Both the position numbers and the translations under genes were made by a program. The notes beneath the pieces are model-generated. The model was not told the DNA's origin, did no database searches, and worked only from the letters and a program-made list of their open reading frames with translations. A DNA stretch of 64,000 nucleotides, taken from NCBI GenBank assembly GCA_013239625.1, contig MU053559.1, forward strand, positions 3,082,324 through 3,146,323, read 5' to 3'. The stretch is from Lama guanicoe. Taxonomy: Eukaryota. Positions 51,955 through 64,000 of this stretch are shown here, one piece after another; position 1 is the first letter of the stretch; every line of letters starts with the position of its first letter.

Positions 51955-52310
51955 GCCTTTATTAAAGACTTGATTTTTCTACAGCAGTTTTGGGTTCACA
52001 GCAACACTGAGAGGAAGGTGCAAAGATTTTCCGTATACCAACTACCCCCACAGATGCCTAGTCTCTATTATCAACATCCCCCACCAGAGTGGTACATTTG
52101 TTACAACTGATGAGCCTACGTTGATACATCGTTATTCCCCAAAGACCATAGTTTACATTAGAATTCATTCTTCTTCTTGTACATTCTGTGCATTTGGACA
52201 AATGTGTAATGGCATGTGTCCATCATTTAGTATCATACAGAATAGTTTCACTGTCCTAATAATCCTCTGTCCTCCACCTATTCATCTCTGGCTCCATCTT
52301 CACCCCTGCG
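51955..52310 (-). mobile_element. L1 3'-end fragment
   Basis: cagttttgggttcacagcaa...catcccccaccagagtggtacatttgttacaa. Confidence 0.75.
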
Positions 52311-53399
52311 GCACCACCCTTCCTCAAAAGAGGAATTGAACTAGTCAGTCAAGGAGAGGTATTCCTATATCTCCACAAAAATGAGAATTGATTCTCTCCT
52401 AAAGATACATTCCTCAGTGAATTAAGAAAATGAAGACAGAATGGGAAAGTGTAGTCAGTCTTTGCCAAATTTTTATTCTTTTTGAAAAAAAATTTACTTT
52501 GCTCTTGATTGGTATCTATCAAGACCCCATTATGCTTTCGTTCATTTTTACCTGCTTATTCTCTTACTCTTTCTTTCAAAAGTGATCAGCTTCTTTGTAT
52601 CATCTCTGAAAAAAATAAGTCTAAGAATCACCAAGAGAAATCCATTATCACCTCTTATAGGTTTTGCACTTTCTTTCACAAAACTGATCTAGGGGAAAAA
52701 AGAGAGAGAGAGACCTGCCATCCCCGTTGATGCTTATTGAGAATAAGGTGGCATATCAGTGGCATTCTGTTTGGATCTCAGCTTTCTCACAGTTATTTAA
52801 CTTTTTCTGAAATTACTTAGATTAATACCTCGGATAGAAAACTCTGCACCGACAGCTTGGATATCACGATTGATCAAATCTGGTTTAAGAGGTACAGAAG
52901 TGGTGGGTCATCGGCCCACAAAAGAGCAGGCTCATTGGCTCTGGCCACTTGGGACAAAGGGACAGAAACCAATTGAAAAGTCTGCTGAACCAAACACAGG
53001 GACTTTGGGAAGAAAACAAAACAGACTTCCAAGATCCATTCACTTTCTGAGCAACCCAGTACTAACTTGTGGGTGAACATACTAGAGAAATGGGTGCGGC
53101 CTGTGGCTTTCTGGAAGAATCATTGCCTTTTCTTTAAGGTCCTGCTTTACATAACCACTGTCAAACATTAGGGAAGGCAAAATCTCTTATGTGGAAAGAA
53201 GAGTGTGATTGCCTTTTAATTTTTTAAAAACTCCTCCATTTTATTCTATGCATATGCTGTATAAAACTTTACCTGTGAAAAAAGGGGCCATTGTTATGTA
53301 TGATTTCACATCCTGCCTTTTTTTCACATTTAAGCGTTTCCCCCACATTATTAGTCTTCAGAAAAATAATTTTTGGGGGTGGGGGGGCAATAGTAGACA

Positions 53400-56290
53400 T
53401 TTCTTTTTTTCTTCCAGTTATATTGAGATATATTTGACATAGAGTGCTGTATAAGTTTAAGGTGGGCAGCATAGTGATTTGACTTACATACATCATGAAA
53501 CAATTATCACAAGGTTTAGTGAGCATCCATCATCTCATATAGATACACAATTAAAGAGAAAGAAAAAATTTTTTTCCTTATGATGAAAGCTCTTAGGGTT
53601 TATTCCCTTAACTTTCATATATAAAATTCTGCAGTGTTAATTATATTTACATTATGTTATATTATGTTATATATTACATCCCTAGTACTTATTTATCTTA
53701 TAACTGGAAGTTTGTACTTTTTGACTACCTTCATCCAATTCCACATCACCCCCCAAGCTCCCATCTCCAATAACCACAAATCTGAATTCTTTTTCTGTGA
53801 GTTCGTTTGTTTATTTGAAGTATAATTGACCTACAGCACTATGGTAGTTCCTGGTGCACAACAGAGTGAGTCAATATTTCTGCACATTTCCAAATGATCA
53901 CCATGATACATCTAGTTACTATCTGTTCCCATGCAAAGATATTACATAGTTATTGACTATACTCTCCATGCTGTACATTTCATCCCTGTGACTCATTTAT
54001 TTTGTAACTGAAAGTTTGCACCTCTTAATCCCTCCCACCTATTTCACTCATCCCCCCCACTCCCTCCTCTCTGGCAACCACCTGTTTGTTCTCTATATCT
54101 GACTCTATTTATGTTTGGTTATGTTTCTACATTTGTTTTGTTTTTTAGATCTCACATATAAGTGACACACAGTATTTCTCTTTCTCTATCTGACTTATTT
54201 CACTTAGCATAGTAACTTTGGGAGACATCCATGTTGTTGCAAGTGGAAAGATTTCATTCCTTTTTATGGCTGAGTAATATTCCACCACATCTTCTTTCCT
54301 ATTCATCTGTTGATGATCTATTGATGATCTCTTAAGTTTGAACACATTCTAAAAACCATGCATTTTTACTCCCTTCAAACACTTAACTATTTTTGGTGTC
54401 CTACTTTACAGTGCTTTGTTTTGTGTATCCTTTAACTACTTATTGTGGGTGTAGATGGGTTTACTACTTTTGTCTTCTAACCTTCCTACTAGTTTATAAA
54501 TGGTCGATCTGCTAACTTTACCATGTATGTGCCTTTACTAATGAGACTTTTCCTTTCATAATTTTCATATTTCTAGTTGTGGTCTTTTCAGCTTACAGAA
54601 ATATCTTTAACATTTCTTGTAAAGCCAGTTTAGTGGTGCTGAATTCTTTAGCTTTTGCTTGCCTGTAAAACTCTTTACCTGTCCTTCAAATCTGAATGAA
54701 AGCCTTGCCAGGTGGTATATTCTTGGTTTGTAGTTTTTTTCCTTTCATCACTCTAAATATATCATGCCACTCTGTTCTGGCCTGCAAAATTTATGCTGAA
54801 AAGTCAACTGATGTTCTTACGGGAGTTTTATTGTCCATAACTAGTTACTTTTCTTTTGCTGCTTTTAAGATTTTCTCTTTATCTTTAATTTTTTGCCATT
54901 TTAATTATAATATGTCTTGGTGTGGACCTCTTTGGGTTCATCTTGTTTGGGACTCTCTCTGCTTCCTGGAATTGGATGTCTCTTTTCTTTCCCAGATTAG
55001 AAAAGTTTTCAACTATTATCTCTTCAAATAACTTCTCCGATCCATTCTCTCTCTCTTCTCTTTCTGGGACTTCTGTGATATGAATGTTAGTATGCTTGAT
55101 GTTGTACCAGAAGTCTCTTAAACTGTCCTCATTTTAAAAAATTCTTTTTTTTTTTTCTTCTTAGCTTGGGTGATTTCCACTACTCTGTCTACCAGTTCCC
55201 TAATTCATTCCTCTGTATCATCTAATCTATTGCTAATTCTTTCTAGTGTATTTTTTATTTCAGTTATTGTATTCTTCAGCTCTGTTTGGTTCTTCTCTAT
55301 ATTTTCTAACTGTGCTCATCCATGTTTTCCCCTGTGTTCATTGAGCATTTTTATGATTATTGCCTTGAACTCCTTATCAGGTAGATTGATTATCTCCATT
55401 TTGCTTTGTTCTTCTTCTGGGATTTTATCTTGTTCCTTTGGAACATATTCCTTTGTCACCTCATTTTGTTTAAGTCTCTGTTCATTTGTATGTATTAGGT
55501 TGGTCAGTTACGTTTTCAGATCTTGGGGAAGTAGCCTTATGGATGACACATCCTATGTGGCCAAGCAGCACACCAGAGTTACATGGTTTAGTGGTGCCTG
55601 CCATGTGGGCTAAGGGGCCCTTCTGTTGAGGTGGGACTGAATACTGTGGGTGCATTGTTATGTGGGCCTGGCCTCCAGCTGGTTGGCCACCAGGCCCTGC
55701 TTTGTGCAGAGACTGCTGCCCACTGATGAGGCTGAGGCCTGGGTAGCATGGAGGGCCCCTGGACTGATGCTAACCAGCTGGTGGGCAGGTAAGCCCCTGG
55801 TGGTAATAAGCTAGAGGGAGGATTCCAAAATGGCACTTGCCAGCACCAGTGTCCTTGTGGTATAGGGAGCTCCCCAAATGGCTGCCACCAGTGTCTACAT
55901 CGCAGGAGGAGTCCCAGTTGCCTCCTACCTCTCTGGGAGGCTCTTGAAGATCAGCAAGTGGGTCTGACCCAGGGTCCTTTCAAATTATGGCTTCTGCCCT
56001 GGGTCTTGGAGAGAGTGAGATTTTGCATGCCTCCTTTAATAACATTGTCTCTGTTTCATACAGCCCTCCAGCTCTCCCATATGTAAATCCCACTGGCCTT
56101 CAAAGCCAGGCGTTCTGGGGACTCGTCTTCCTGGTGCAGGACTCCCAGGCTGGGGAACCTGGTGTGGGACTTGGATCCCTCACTTCTTGGGGAGAACCTC
56201 GCAACTGTGATTATCCTCTTGTTTGTGGGTCACCTACCTGGGGGTGTGCATCTCTGCCCCTTCTACCCATCTCGTTGTGGTTCTTTATCT
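53400..56290 (-). mobile_element. L1-derived block: 5' UTR plus ORF1 region joined directly to a 3' UTR (no ORF2)
   Basis: 3' UTR at 53400-54315, ORF1-type antisense motifs (taacatttcttgtaaagccagtttagtggtgctgaattc) at ~54600-55500, and a GC-richer 5' UTR at 55520-56290. Confidence 0.7.
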
Positions 56291-56339
56291 CTATCTTATC
56301 TCTCTTTTTTATTCTTTAAAGTATTTCTTTTAAAATATA

Positions 56340-56477
56340 GAAGGGAAGATATAGCTCAGTGGTAGAGGGCATGCCTAGCATGCCTGAGACCCTGGATTCA
56401 ATCCCCAGTACCGCCATTAAAAAAAATTAAATAAATAAGCCTAATTACCTCCAACCTCCCCCCCCAAATAAATAAAA
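56340..56477 (+). mobile_element. tRNA-derived SINE (vic-1-like)
   Basis: gggaagatatagctcagtggtagagggcatgcctagcatg...ttcaatccccagtacc followed by the aataaataagcctaattacctcc tail. Confidence 0.88.
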
Positions 56478-56479
56478 AT

Positions 56480-56920
56480 GAGATATAATTTAGAGACTGT
56501 AAAATGCACATATCTAAAGAATACAGTTTGATGAACTTTGACAAATCTGAACACATCTTCTTCAAGACAAAGAAGATTTCCATCACCTCCAAAAGTGCCC
56601 TGCTGTCTCCTCTTATTCAATTCCCTATCTCCCCACAACCACTCTTCTGATTTCTATCACCATAGATTCATTTTGCCTATTCTTGAACTTCATATAAGTG
56701 GAATTATATAGTATATGCCCGTTTATGTCTGGCCTCTTTTTTACTCAGCAGTTATTTTGAAATTCACCTATGTTGTTGTGTTTATCAGTAGTTCATTCTT
56801 TATCATTGCTAGTAATATTTCATTGTATGGATATATGACAATTTGTTTATTCACCAGTTAGTGGATATTTGGGTTGTTTCCAATTTGGGTCTATTATGAA
56901 TCATACTACTTGTAACATTT
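56480..56920 (-). mobile_element. Old L1 3' UTR fragment
   Basis: ttctgatttctatcaccatagatt...ttcttgaacttcatataagtggaat. Confidence 0.75.
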
Positions 56921-59024
56921 TTTTTCCAAACAAATTCTAGAAGGGGTGAGAAATGGTAAGAAATGATAGATGGGTCAGTGATTCTTCATTTTCTTTTTGA
57001 AGAGAAAATACAGAGAAGCAAGGAGATGCAGCTGAAAGACTGGGGATGGAGGGGTGATGACAAATGAAACAAATGGAGCTTTGAGAAAGAAAATCCACGG
57101 GGAAAGTTCATTTAAAAAGAGAAAAGAGAATTAAAATGAGCAAGGATAAGAAGAAGCAATCAATCAAGATTGCAAGCACCAATCAATCAATAAACGAGGA
57201 ACAAGAAAAGCCTATAAAAATCAGAATAAGTAAAAAAGAAATTGAATCATGAAACTTCTATTTTTAATGCAGTTCTTTGAGAGCTCCTGAAATGAAGACA
57301 AACAAACTTTTGAGCTTTCTCCACATGGACTTCGGCCCCTCGTGTGTTCTTGATGCTCTAATGCTTTACATGAACGTTTTCTATGGGCAACACTCTTTCC
57401 CTTGCTTGCCGGAGCAGAAGAGCGTTCAAAGTGGCTTTGATCAGGGCAGCACACTCAGGGCAGTCTGTCAGGGAGGAAGCCAGGAGGCTTTTTAATTTAA
57501 AAATAAGTGCTGTTTTGTCTCCCCTGTTTCCTTAATTGAGGCAGAAGCTGAATCTAGGACACAGCCTGGTGGGAGATTGGCCATGGCCCAGTCACGTGGA
57601 GACTGGATTCTGAGCGAGAATGGGATGGTGAGGATTTCAATGCCTTCAACCAGAGACGGAGGAAAGCAAAGACAGGCAAGATGGTCCAAGATGGCTGCAA
57701 CTCTTTTTTATCTTAAAGAGACTCTGCAGACCTGAGAGGTGAAAATTTCTTTTTTACTGTGATGTTGCTGACATTTTGACCTAGGAGATTTGTTTTCTCT
57801 TGAATCCAGAGAGGAAGCACAAAAGGAATGATAAGAAATGTCAGGCAAGAAGGAAGAGGAAACACACAAGGGATATTGAAGACATTGCTGATGGAGTTTT
57901 ATAGTGCTTTATGGTACTCTTACCCTGCCCACCCCACTCTCCCGGACTTTCAGATGGGTTTGAAGTGAATTTGATGGATAAAAGCATGAAAGGAGGGAGA
58001 GGAATGGGCTACAGCTGTGATCTACAGCTATTGAAAGGTGTTAACACAGAAGACGGATTTATTTGGTCTATAAATCCCAGGGGGACATAACCATGAGAAA
58101 TACAGTGTGGTTTACAAAAATTCTGATTGAAAAAGAGGAACAATTTCTGGATGTGAGGACTATTGGAATACAAAATAAAACGAAATACTATATGTTAACA
58201 CACTTAAAGGGGTGAAAATGCTATGCAGATTCAAAACATGATTTTTATTCAGCCCTTAAGGGAGATGGTGGTAACTCCACCATTAAAACACACCAGAGAA
58301 ACACAGGCCACAAACACTCTGGGGACCAGATGAGACCACAGCATATGCAGGGATCCCTTGGGGGAAGTGAAATATTCTGTCTGCTTCCCCCAATTCCCAG
58401 AAGGTTACCACTTCTATTTGATGGGCTTTGTTTCTTCCCTGATGTAAATGGCTGCTTTTTTTGAAAAATCTCAAGTGATGTATGTGGCTGGGGACCATCT
58501 GCTTGGTGTCAGGTGATGTTAGGGCAGACATTAACCTTTCAGGAAACTTGGTGGATTTTCATCTCTTAGATGTTACAGCGTATTCCTTGCAGGAATCATT
58601 AGGGGGCATTTCCACATTCAGTGTTTGGGAGAAATTGGAACTGTGCTTATGAGTTTGAAAAAGAATTCTCTTTGGGAAGCCACTTTCAAACAGAAAATAC
58701 AGTTTCCTGTTCCATTGTATAGCCTAGGGGTGGGAGTTGGGGGGCTCGCAGTAATAATAATCTCATCCACTGTCAAGTTCATCTTCTATTCTGGGCCCTT
58801 TGCACCTGTTATCTTGTTTAATACAATAACCCTCTGAAGAAGGATGTTATAAATGAGTAAACAGAGACCCTAAGATAGTATATAACTTGACCAGAGTTAC
58901 CGAATTAGGATATAGACAGCTCAGGATTGGAATCCAGTCCTGTGCTCTGAAGCCTGTGCTTGCCTTCCCTCATCATAAGGCTGCAGGGAATATTGTTGCT
59001 TTTCTCCATGCACTCGATTTCAGT

Positions 59025-59600
59025 GTCTGTGTTTTCATGTGGATTCTCCCAGAAGCAATTCTGAGACAAGGATTTGGAGGCAGGTAGCTAATTCTAAAGG
59101 TGACCCCAGAAAACACTGGTAGGAACGTGGAAAAGGGAGACAGGGAAGGGAAGGTAGCCAATAAATGGTCCATTATTATTATTTTTTAAATAATTTTTAA
59201 AATAAATTCTTTCTTACTAATTAAATTTTTTTTTTCTCTTGACGGAGGCACTGGGGATTGAACCCAGGACCTTGTGCACACCAAGCCTGAGCTCTACCAC
59301 TGAGCTATACCCTCCACCCACTAAATGGTCCATTATCGAGCAAGTTGCCACTGTAGGTGACTGGGGCTCAGTCCTGCAGGGGAATTTGGGAAAATGAGTT
59401 ATCCTGCCTGGAAAGCAAGGAAGCTGGTGCATTTATGTATCCTCCACTCCTGAGTGTCTTTGGTTGAAGGTTGCCGTGGTAGGGGTGGGGCATGAATTCC
59501 TAGCAGGCAAAGCTGGCTCTGATGGCCAAAGAATGCCCTCCGTCTACAAAAGGAAGGTGCTGGAAGTCAAGGTCAGGCTGGTGTGCATGGAAGTGTAAAA
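59025..59600 (-). mobile_element. ERVL LTR (LTR33/LTR16-like), interrupted by a SINE
   Basis: ttctcccagaagcaattctgagacaaggattt...caagttgccactgtaggtgactggggctcagtcc. Confidence 0.65.
59177..59321 (-). mobile_element. tRNA-derived SINE (vic-1-like)
   Basis: SINE body with a perfect 15-bp TSD taaatggtccattat at 59162-59176 and 59322-59336. Confidence 0.92.
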
Positions 59601-60237
59601 GATGAGGACAAGTGAGGAATAGATGCTTGGGGACCATGGACCTCCCTGGTGTCCGGAGTGCCGGCTAAATTGGTGTTCAGCACAGAGCCTTAAATGATGC
59701 TGATCTCCTGGCTCTTCAAGGGCTCAAGTATTCCCCTCTGCACTCCTGTATGAGAGTGGCAGAGAATCTGGACACCATCTTGCCAAGGGGGAGGGCCACT
59801 GTGTTGTGCCAAGAAGGAACAATGGCATGACTTTTCTTACCAGAGAAGTCTCTCTTAGACTCATGATTGCCCAGAAACCCAGTGATGTGCTCACCACCTA
59901 TAGAGAAATTATAAAAACTAAATATATGACAGTTACTGGAGAGGCTGGAGATATGACAGAGGATCTGCTGATTCTTCTAGATGCTGTGTTCCAGCCATTT
60001 TTTTTCCCTGGATGTTGCATAACACCCTGCAAGGCTCTTTCAGATCTCTTAGCAATTAGCTTGTGTCATTAAAATCTTATCTACAATTTACTCTCCAGTC
60101 TAAATTCTGGCTTCAAGTTCTGCCTGATCTGTTCTTCTCTGGGCACCTGAGTAGTTCAGAGGCCTGTGATATAGATAAACCCCCATAGAGGACCTGATAT
60201 CCCAAATCACACTGAATATTTTACCGAGCGGGTAAAA

Positions 60238-60719
60238 CTTTTTTTTAAAAATTTATTTCTATTGAAATATAGTTGATTTACAATGTTGTGTTAGTTTCAG
60301 GTGTACAACAAAGTGATTCAGTTATATATATATGTATATACATACATATATATATACACACACACACATATATATAGCCTTTTTCAGATTATTTTCCATG
60401 ATAGGTTATTACAAGATATTGAATATAATTCCCTGTGCTAGTAGTGTGTATATGTTAATACCAAACTCATAATTTATCCTTCTCCCCTACCCCTTTCCCC
60501 TTTGGTAACTATAGTTTGTTTTCTATGTCTATGAGTCTATTTCTGGTTTGTAAATAAGTTCATTTGTATCATTTTTTAAAGATTCCACAGATAAGTGATA
60601 TCATATTATATTTGTCTTTCTCTGTGTGACTTACTTCACTTAATATGATCATCTCTAGGTCCATCCATGTTGCTGTAAATGACATTATTTCATTCTTTTT
60701 TATGGCTGAGTAATATTCC

Positions 60720-60768
<49 letters not shown>

Positions 60769-61036
60769 CACATCTTCTTTATACGTTCATCTGTTGATGG
60801 ACATTGAGATTGTTGCCCTATCTTGGCAATTGTAAATAGTGCTGCTATGAATATTGGGGTGCATGTAGCTTTTCAAATTATACTTTTCTTTGGATATATG
60901 CCTGGGAGTGGGCTTGCTAGATCATATGGTAAGTCTATTTTTAGTTTTTTAAGGAATCTCTGTACTGTCCTCCATAGTGGCTGCACCAGCTCACAGTCCC
61001 ACTAACAGTGTAGGAGGGTTCCCTTTTCTCTACACA
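60238..61036 (-). mobile_element. 5'-truncated L1 3' end
   Basis: Canonical L1 3' UTR, with similar flanks agcgggtaaaacttt and agagggtaggacttt. Confidence 0.9.
60722..60766. repeat. (TG)n microsatellite inside L1
   Basis: Read directly from the sequence. Confidence 0.97.
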
Positions 61037-61401
61037 AGAGGGTAGGACTTTAAAATGAATTCCTGAAAGCTAATGCTCCTTTACATTGAAGATCAACCTT
61101 AGAGGCTGATAAGCTGTTACTGTTAAATAGTTTGGTCAGCACTTCTATTTTAGCGACAGACACTTTGCCCTAAAAGGAGCCAAAGAAATAATGGGACTCA
61201 ATGGCAGGACAAGAGGGTCTGCCTGAAGCCATCAGAGTCACCCTTGGGGCATAGACATAGGACACTTTGAGAAAAAACAAATTGTCTACGTTTCTTGGAA
61301 TGTTAAAAAAAAAAACCCTGAGGATGCTAGCATTTGAATATGCAAATTAAAATTAACATTCCCTGTGGATAACTTTGTATGACTTGTCAAAAATGAGAAG
61401 T

Positions 61402-61527
61402 AGAGGAGGGTATAGCTCAGTGGTAAAACATGTGCTTAGCATACATAAGGTTCTGGGTTCAGTCCTCAGTACCTCCTCTAAAAATAAATAAATAAACCAC
61501 CAACCCCTGGCAGATTAAAAAAAAAAG
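61402..61527 (+). mobile_element. tRNA-derived SINE (vic-1-like)
   Basis: ggagggtatagctcagtggtaaaacatgtgcttagcat...gggttcagtcctcagtacctcc followed by an A-rich tail. Confidence 0.87.
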
Positions 61528-61986
61528 TTAAGGTGTGTTGCTTAAAGATCTGATTTTCTTCCTAATAAAAATTGAAATCCTTAACCATACTGGGCATACT
61601 CATTGAGTCAAATACTCTTTGGAACTAAGTTATACAGTTGTAAACAAGGCATCCTGGTGATTTCTTAAATTCTTCCAGGACATTCAGGAAAAGTTTTAAG
61701 TCATTTCCTTAGGGAACAAAGTCAACTCTTGGTCTGAAAATGGCACAAGGTTCACATGAGCAGGAAGTAGTTGTGGCCCTAGGAGAGATCTAATCTATGA
61801 AAATGATGTTTCTTTTTACACTATGTTCACTCCTACATGTATCATTTTGTATAACAAGGATCATGCTTTATGTATTGTCCTATAACTTGTTATATTTACT
61901 GAACAATATGTGGTAGATCTTTCAATGCCAATCATGATCAATTCACATGTTATTGGCTACCTAGTATTCCAGTTGGATCAGTGGAA

Positions 61987-62328
61987 TGCTATAGACCAAA
62001 TGTGTCTGTTGAAATCTAATCTCCAGTATGATAGTATTTGGAGGTGGGGTTTTGGGGAGATGATTAGGTCATGAGGGTGAAGCCCTCATGAATGAGATCA
62101 GTGCCCTTATAAAGACCTCAGAGAGCTCCCTGGTCCCTTCTGCCTTGTGAGGACAAAGGGAGAAGATAGCCATCTATGAACCAGGAAGCAGGCTCTTACC
62201 AGACACTGAATCTGCCAGCACCTTGATCTTGAACTTCCCAGCCCCCAGAACTATGAGAAATGAATTTCTCTTGTTTACAAGTCACCCATTCTATGATATT
62301 CTGTTGTATCAGCCCCAACAAAGACTGA
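61987..62328 (+). mobile_element. MaLR solo LTR (MLT1A0-like)
   Basis: Homologous to 498-861 (gattaggtcatgag...gccctcatgaatgag...ccagacactgaatctgc). Confidence 0.85.
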
Positions 62329-62394
62329 TTTATTTACGTAATTGATCCTGTTGTAATAAACATTTTGGTTGTTTGCTTTTCCTCTATGATAAAT

Positions 62395-62578
62395 AATATC
62401 TACCAGAATTAAGGACTTACTATGTTCCAGGCACTGTTCTAAACATTCAAATGTAATAACTGATTTAATCCTCACAGCAAAACTTATGAAGTAAATTTTA
62501 TTATTATACCCATTATTGATGAGAAAACTGAGGTGAGAGAGGGAAGTAACTTGCCCAAGATTGTCCAGGTAGTAAGTA
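62395..62578 (-). mobile_element. MIR fragment, split by an LTR and continuing at ~63005-63060
   Basis: tttaatcctcacagcaa...gatgagaaaactgagg...gtaacttgcccaag. Confidence 0.75.
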
Positions 62579-62580
62579 GC

Positions 62581-63004
62581 TGTAGCATCTACATTGGTTA
62601 TCAAACTCAACAGCCATTTCCAACACCATTTCCTTCTCCATCTCCATCGGTAGACTACAGAAGCCCAATTCTGCTTTCCCAGCTTTCTTTGCAGCTAGGA
62701 GAGGCCAATGAGGCATAAGCAGAGGTTTGGTGGTTGCTTCTGGCAAAGACTTTGCGTGGCTTATCATCTTCAATATGGAAGAGACGATTTAAGATTATGA
62801 AGCCATCTTACCATCTCTCAAGCATAAGTGAAAGGCAAAGGGAAATGCAGAGATGCCAGATCTGACATTGCAAAGCCTGCAAACCAATGCCAGGACTTGC
62901 CTGTTTTTAGACTTTATATAATGTGAGAAAAATGTACTAAATCTTTAAACCACTGCTGGTCTGCTTTTCTGTAATTGCAGCCTAAAGCATTCCTAGCTGA
63001 TACA
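62581..63004 (+). mobile_element. Old MaLR LTR (MLT1J-like)
   Basis: ttcccagctttctttgcagctagg...gcagcctaaagcattcctagctgataca. Confidence 0.7.
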
Positions 63005-63439
63005 GTAGTGGGGCAGGAATTTGGGCCAGACAGGCTGAGTCCAGAGCCCATATTCTTAATATCTCCATGATTGTGCACAATTGTGTATCTAAATCATCTG
63101 GGAGAAACATCTTTGCATGCACATATCACTTCTGCTGTTTTATTAAGGAACAAAAGTTGACAGAGTTACGTGTCTGATTTTCTGCTTGTGTCCAAAATCC
63201 AACAGATAAAGAATGGGGGAGGTGAGGCTCAGCAGCAGCACGCATGAGAATGATTGAAATAATTTAATATAAAATACATTTCCTTGGCTTAGCCATGAGA
63301 CACTGAAAATGTTGACCCAACCTGACGTGGACTTAGAGAATCATGATGTCTCCATTGAAGTGTGGCATTTAGTTCTGACAACACCAATTAAGAAATATCG
63401 TGATGACAATATGCTGAGTGAAAGAAACCTAACACAAAA

Positions 63440-63860
63440 GAATACTATCAGAGCAGATCCTCTGAGAAGAAGACACCAAGGCAAGAGTAAATGTGTGAGG
63501 ACTTTATTAGGGGAAATGACTATGACAGAAGCAGGGAGGGAGATGGGCAACCCTGGGAGATCTGTCAAGGGGCTGTGATGTCGCTGGTTTGATCTAAAGG
63601 AAGGCAAGAGGGCAGGGAAGTGGGCAAGAGCATCCTAGACTGTCTCTGGAAGTTTCTGCAGTCTCTGGAAGGTTCAGCAAGGCCCTTAGGATGTCCTCAG
63701 ACCAAAGTCAGCTGTTTCTTGCAAGACTGGCCAGCCTTAGTGCCACGCCTGTGTCAGTCATTGGCTGAGGCAGCCAGTGGGAGGCGTGGCCTCAGTGCAA
63801 ACACCACGATGGATTCTGGGGCCCTTGGTCAGTGATGTGCTCCAGAGTTGGACATCTGCA
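63440..63860 (-). mobile_element. ERVL LTR (LTR33-like)
   Basis: agaagacaccaaggcaagagt...gactttattagggg...gtcagtcattggctg. Confidence 0.55.
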
Positions 63861-64000
63861 AGGCGCATTCTTTCTCTTGCCTGCCATTAAGTACGTAATG
63901 TATGATCACATTTATACCAAGTTCTAGAATAAGCAGAACTAATAAATGGTAGAAGAAAATCAGAAGAGTGGTTTATCCTAGGGGCAAGGACTAACTGGAG

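Noticed and set aside
59806..60072. 88-aa ORF in unique DNA after a possible splice acceptor (tttcttaccag)
   Set aside because: No recognisable protein similarity, no convincing donor site or partner exons. Cannot be supported without RNA data.

Overview
This is mammalian genomic DNA, most likely camelid (camel/alpaca), inferred from nine tRNA-derived SINEs resembling the camelid vic-1 family. It is intergenic or deep-intronic and dense in interspersed repeats (L1, L2, MIR, MaLR/ERVL/ERV1 LTRs, MER DNA transposons). I found no intact protein-coding gene, RNA gene, CRISPR array or prokaryotic system. The two gene-derived features are minus-strand processed pseudogenes: a long, old UBN1 (ubinuclein-1, HIRA complex) retrocopy at ~6570-9297, and an RPL23A retrocopy at ~40443-40865 fused to an L1 3' end. 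The most interesting signals are: (i) the UBN1 copy lacks an exon-sized in-frame block and carries many frame-preserving indels, suggesting it may once have been a functional retrogene; (ii) two TSD-flanked L1 3' ends share a non-L1 captured cassette in two different architectures; (iii) the RPL23A-L1 chimera; (iv) a SINE with a four-fold reiterated 5' head; (v) an ORF2-less, HAL1-like L1; and (vi) a MER91-type hairpin with a CTCF-like core. Repeat family names and protein comparisons come from recall, not database searches, and boundaries without a stated TSD are approximate.
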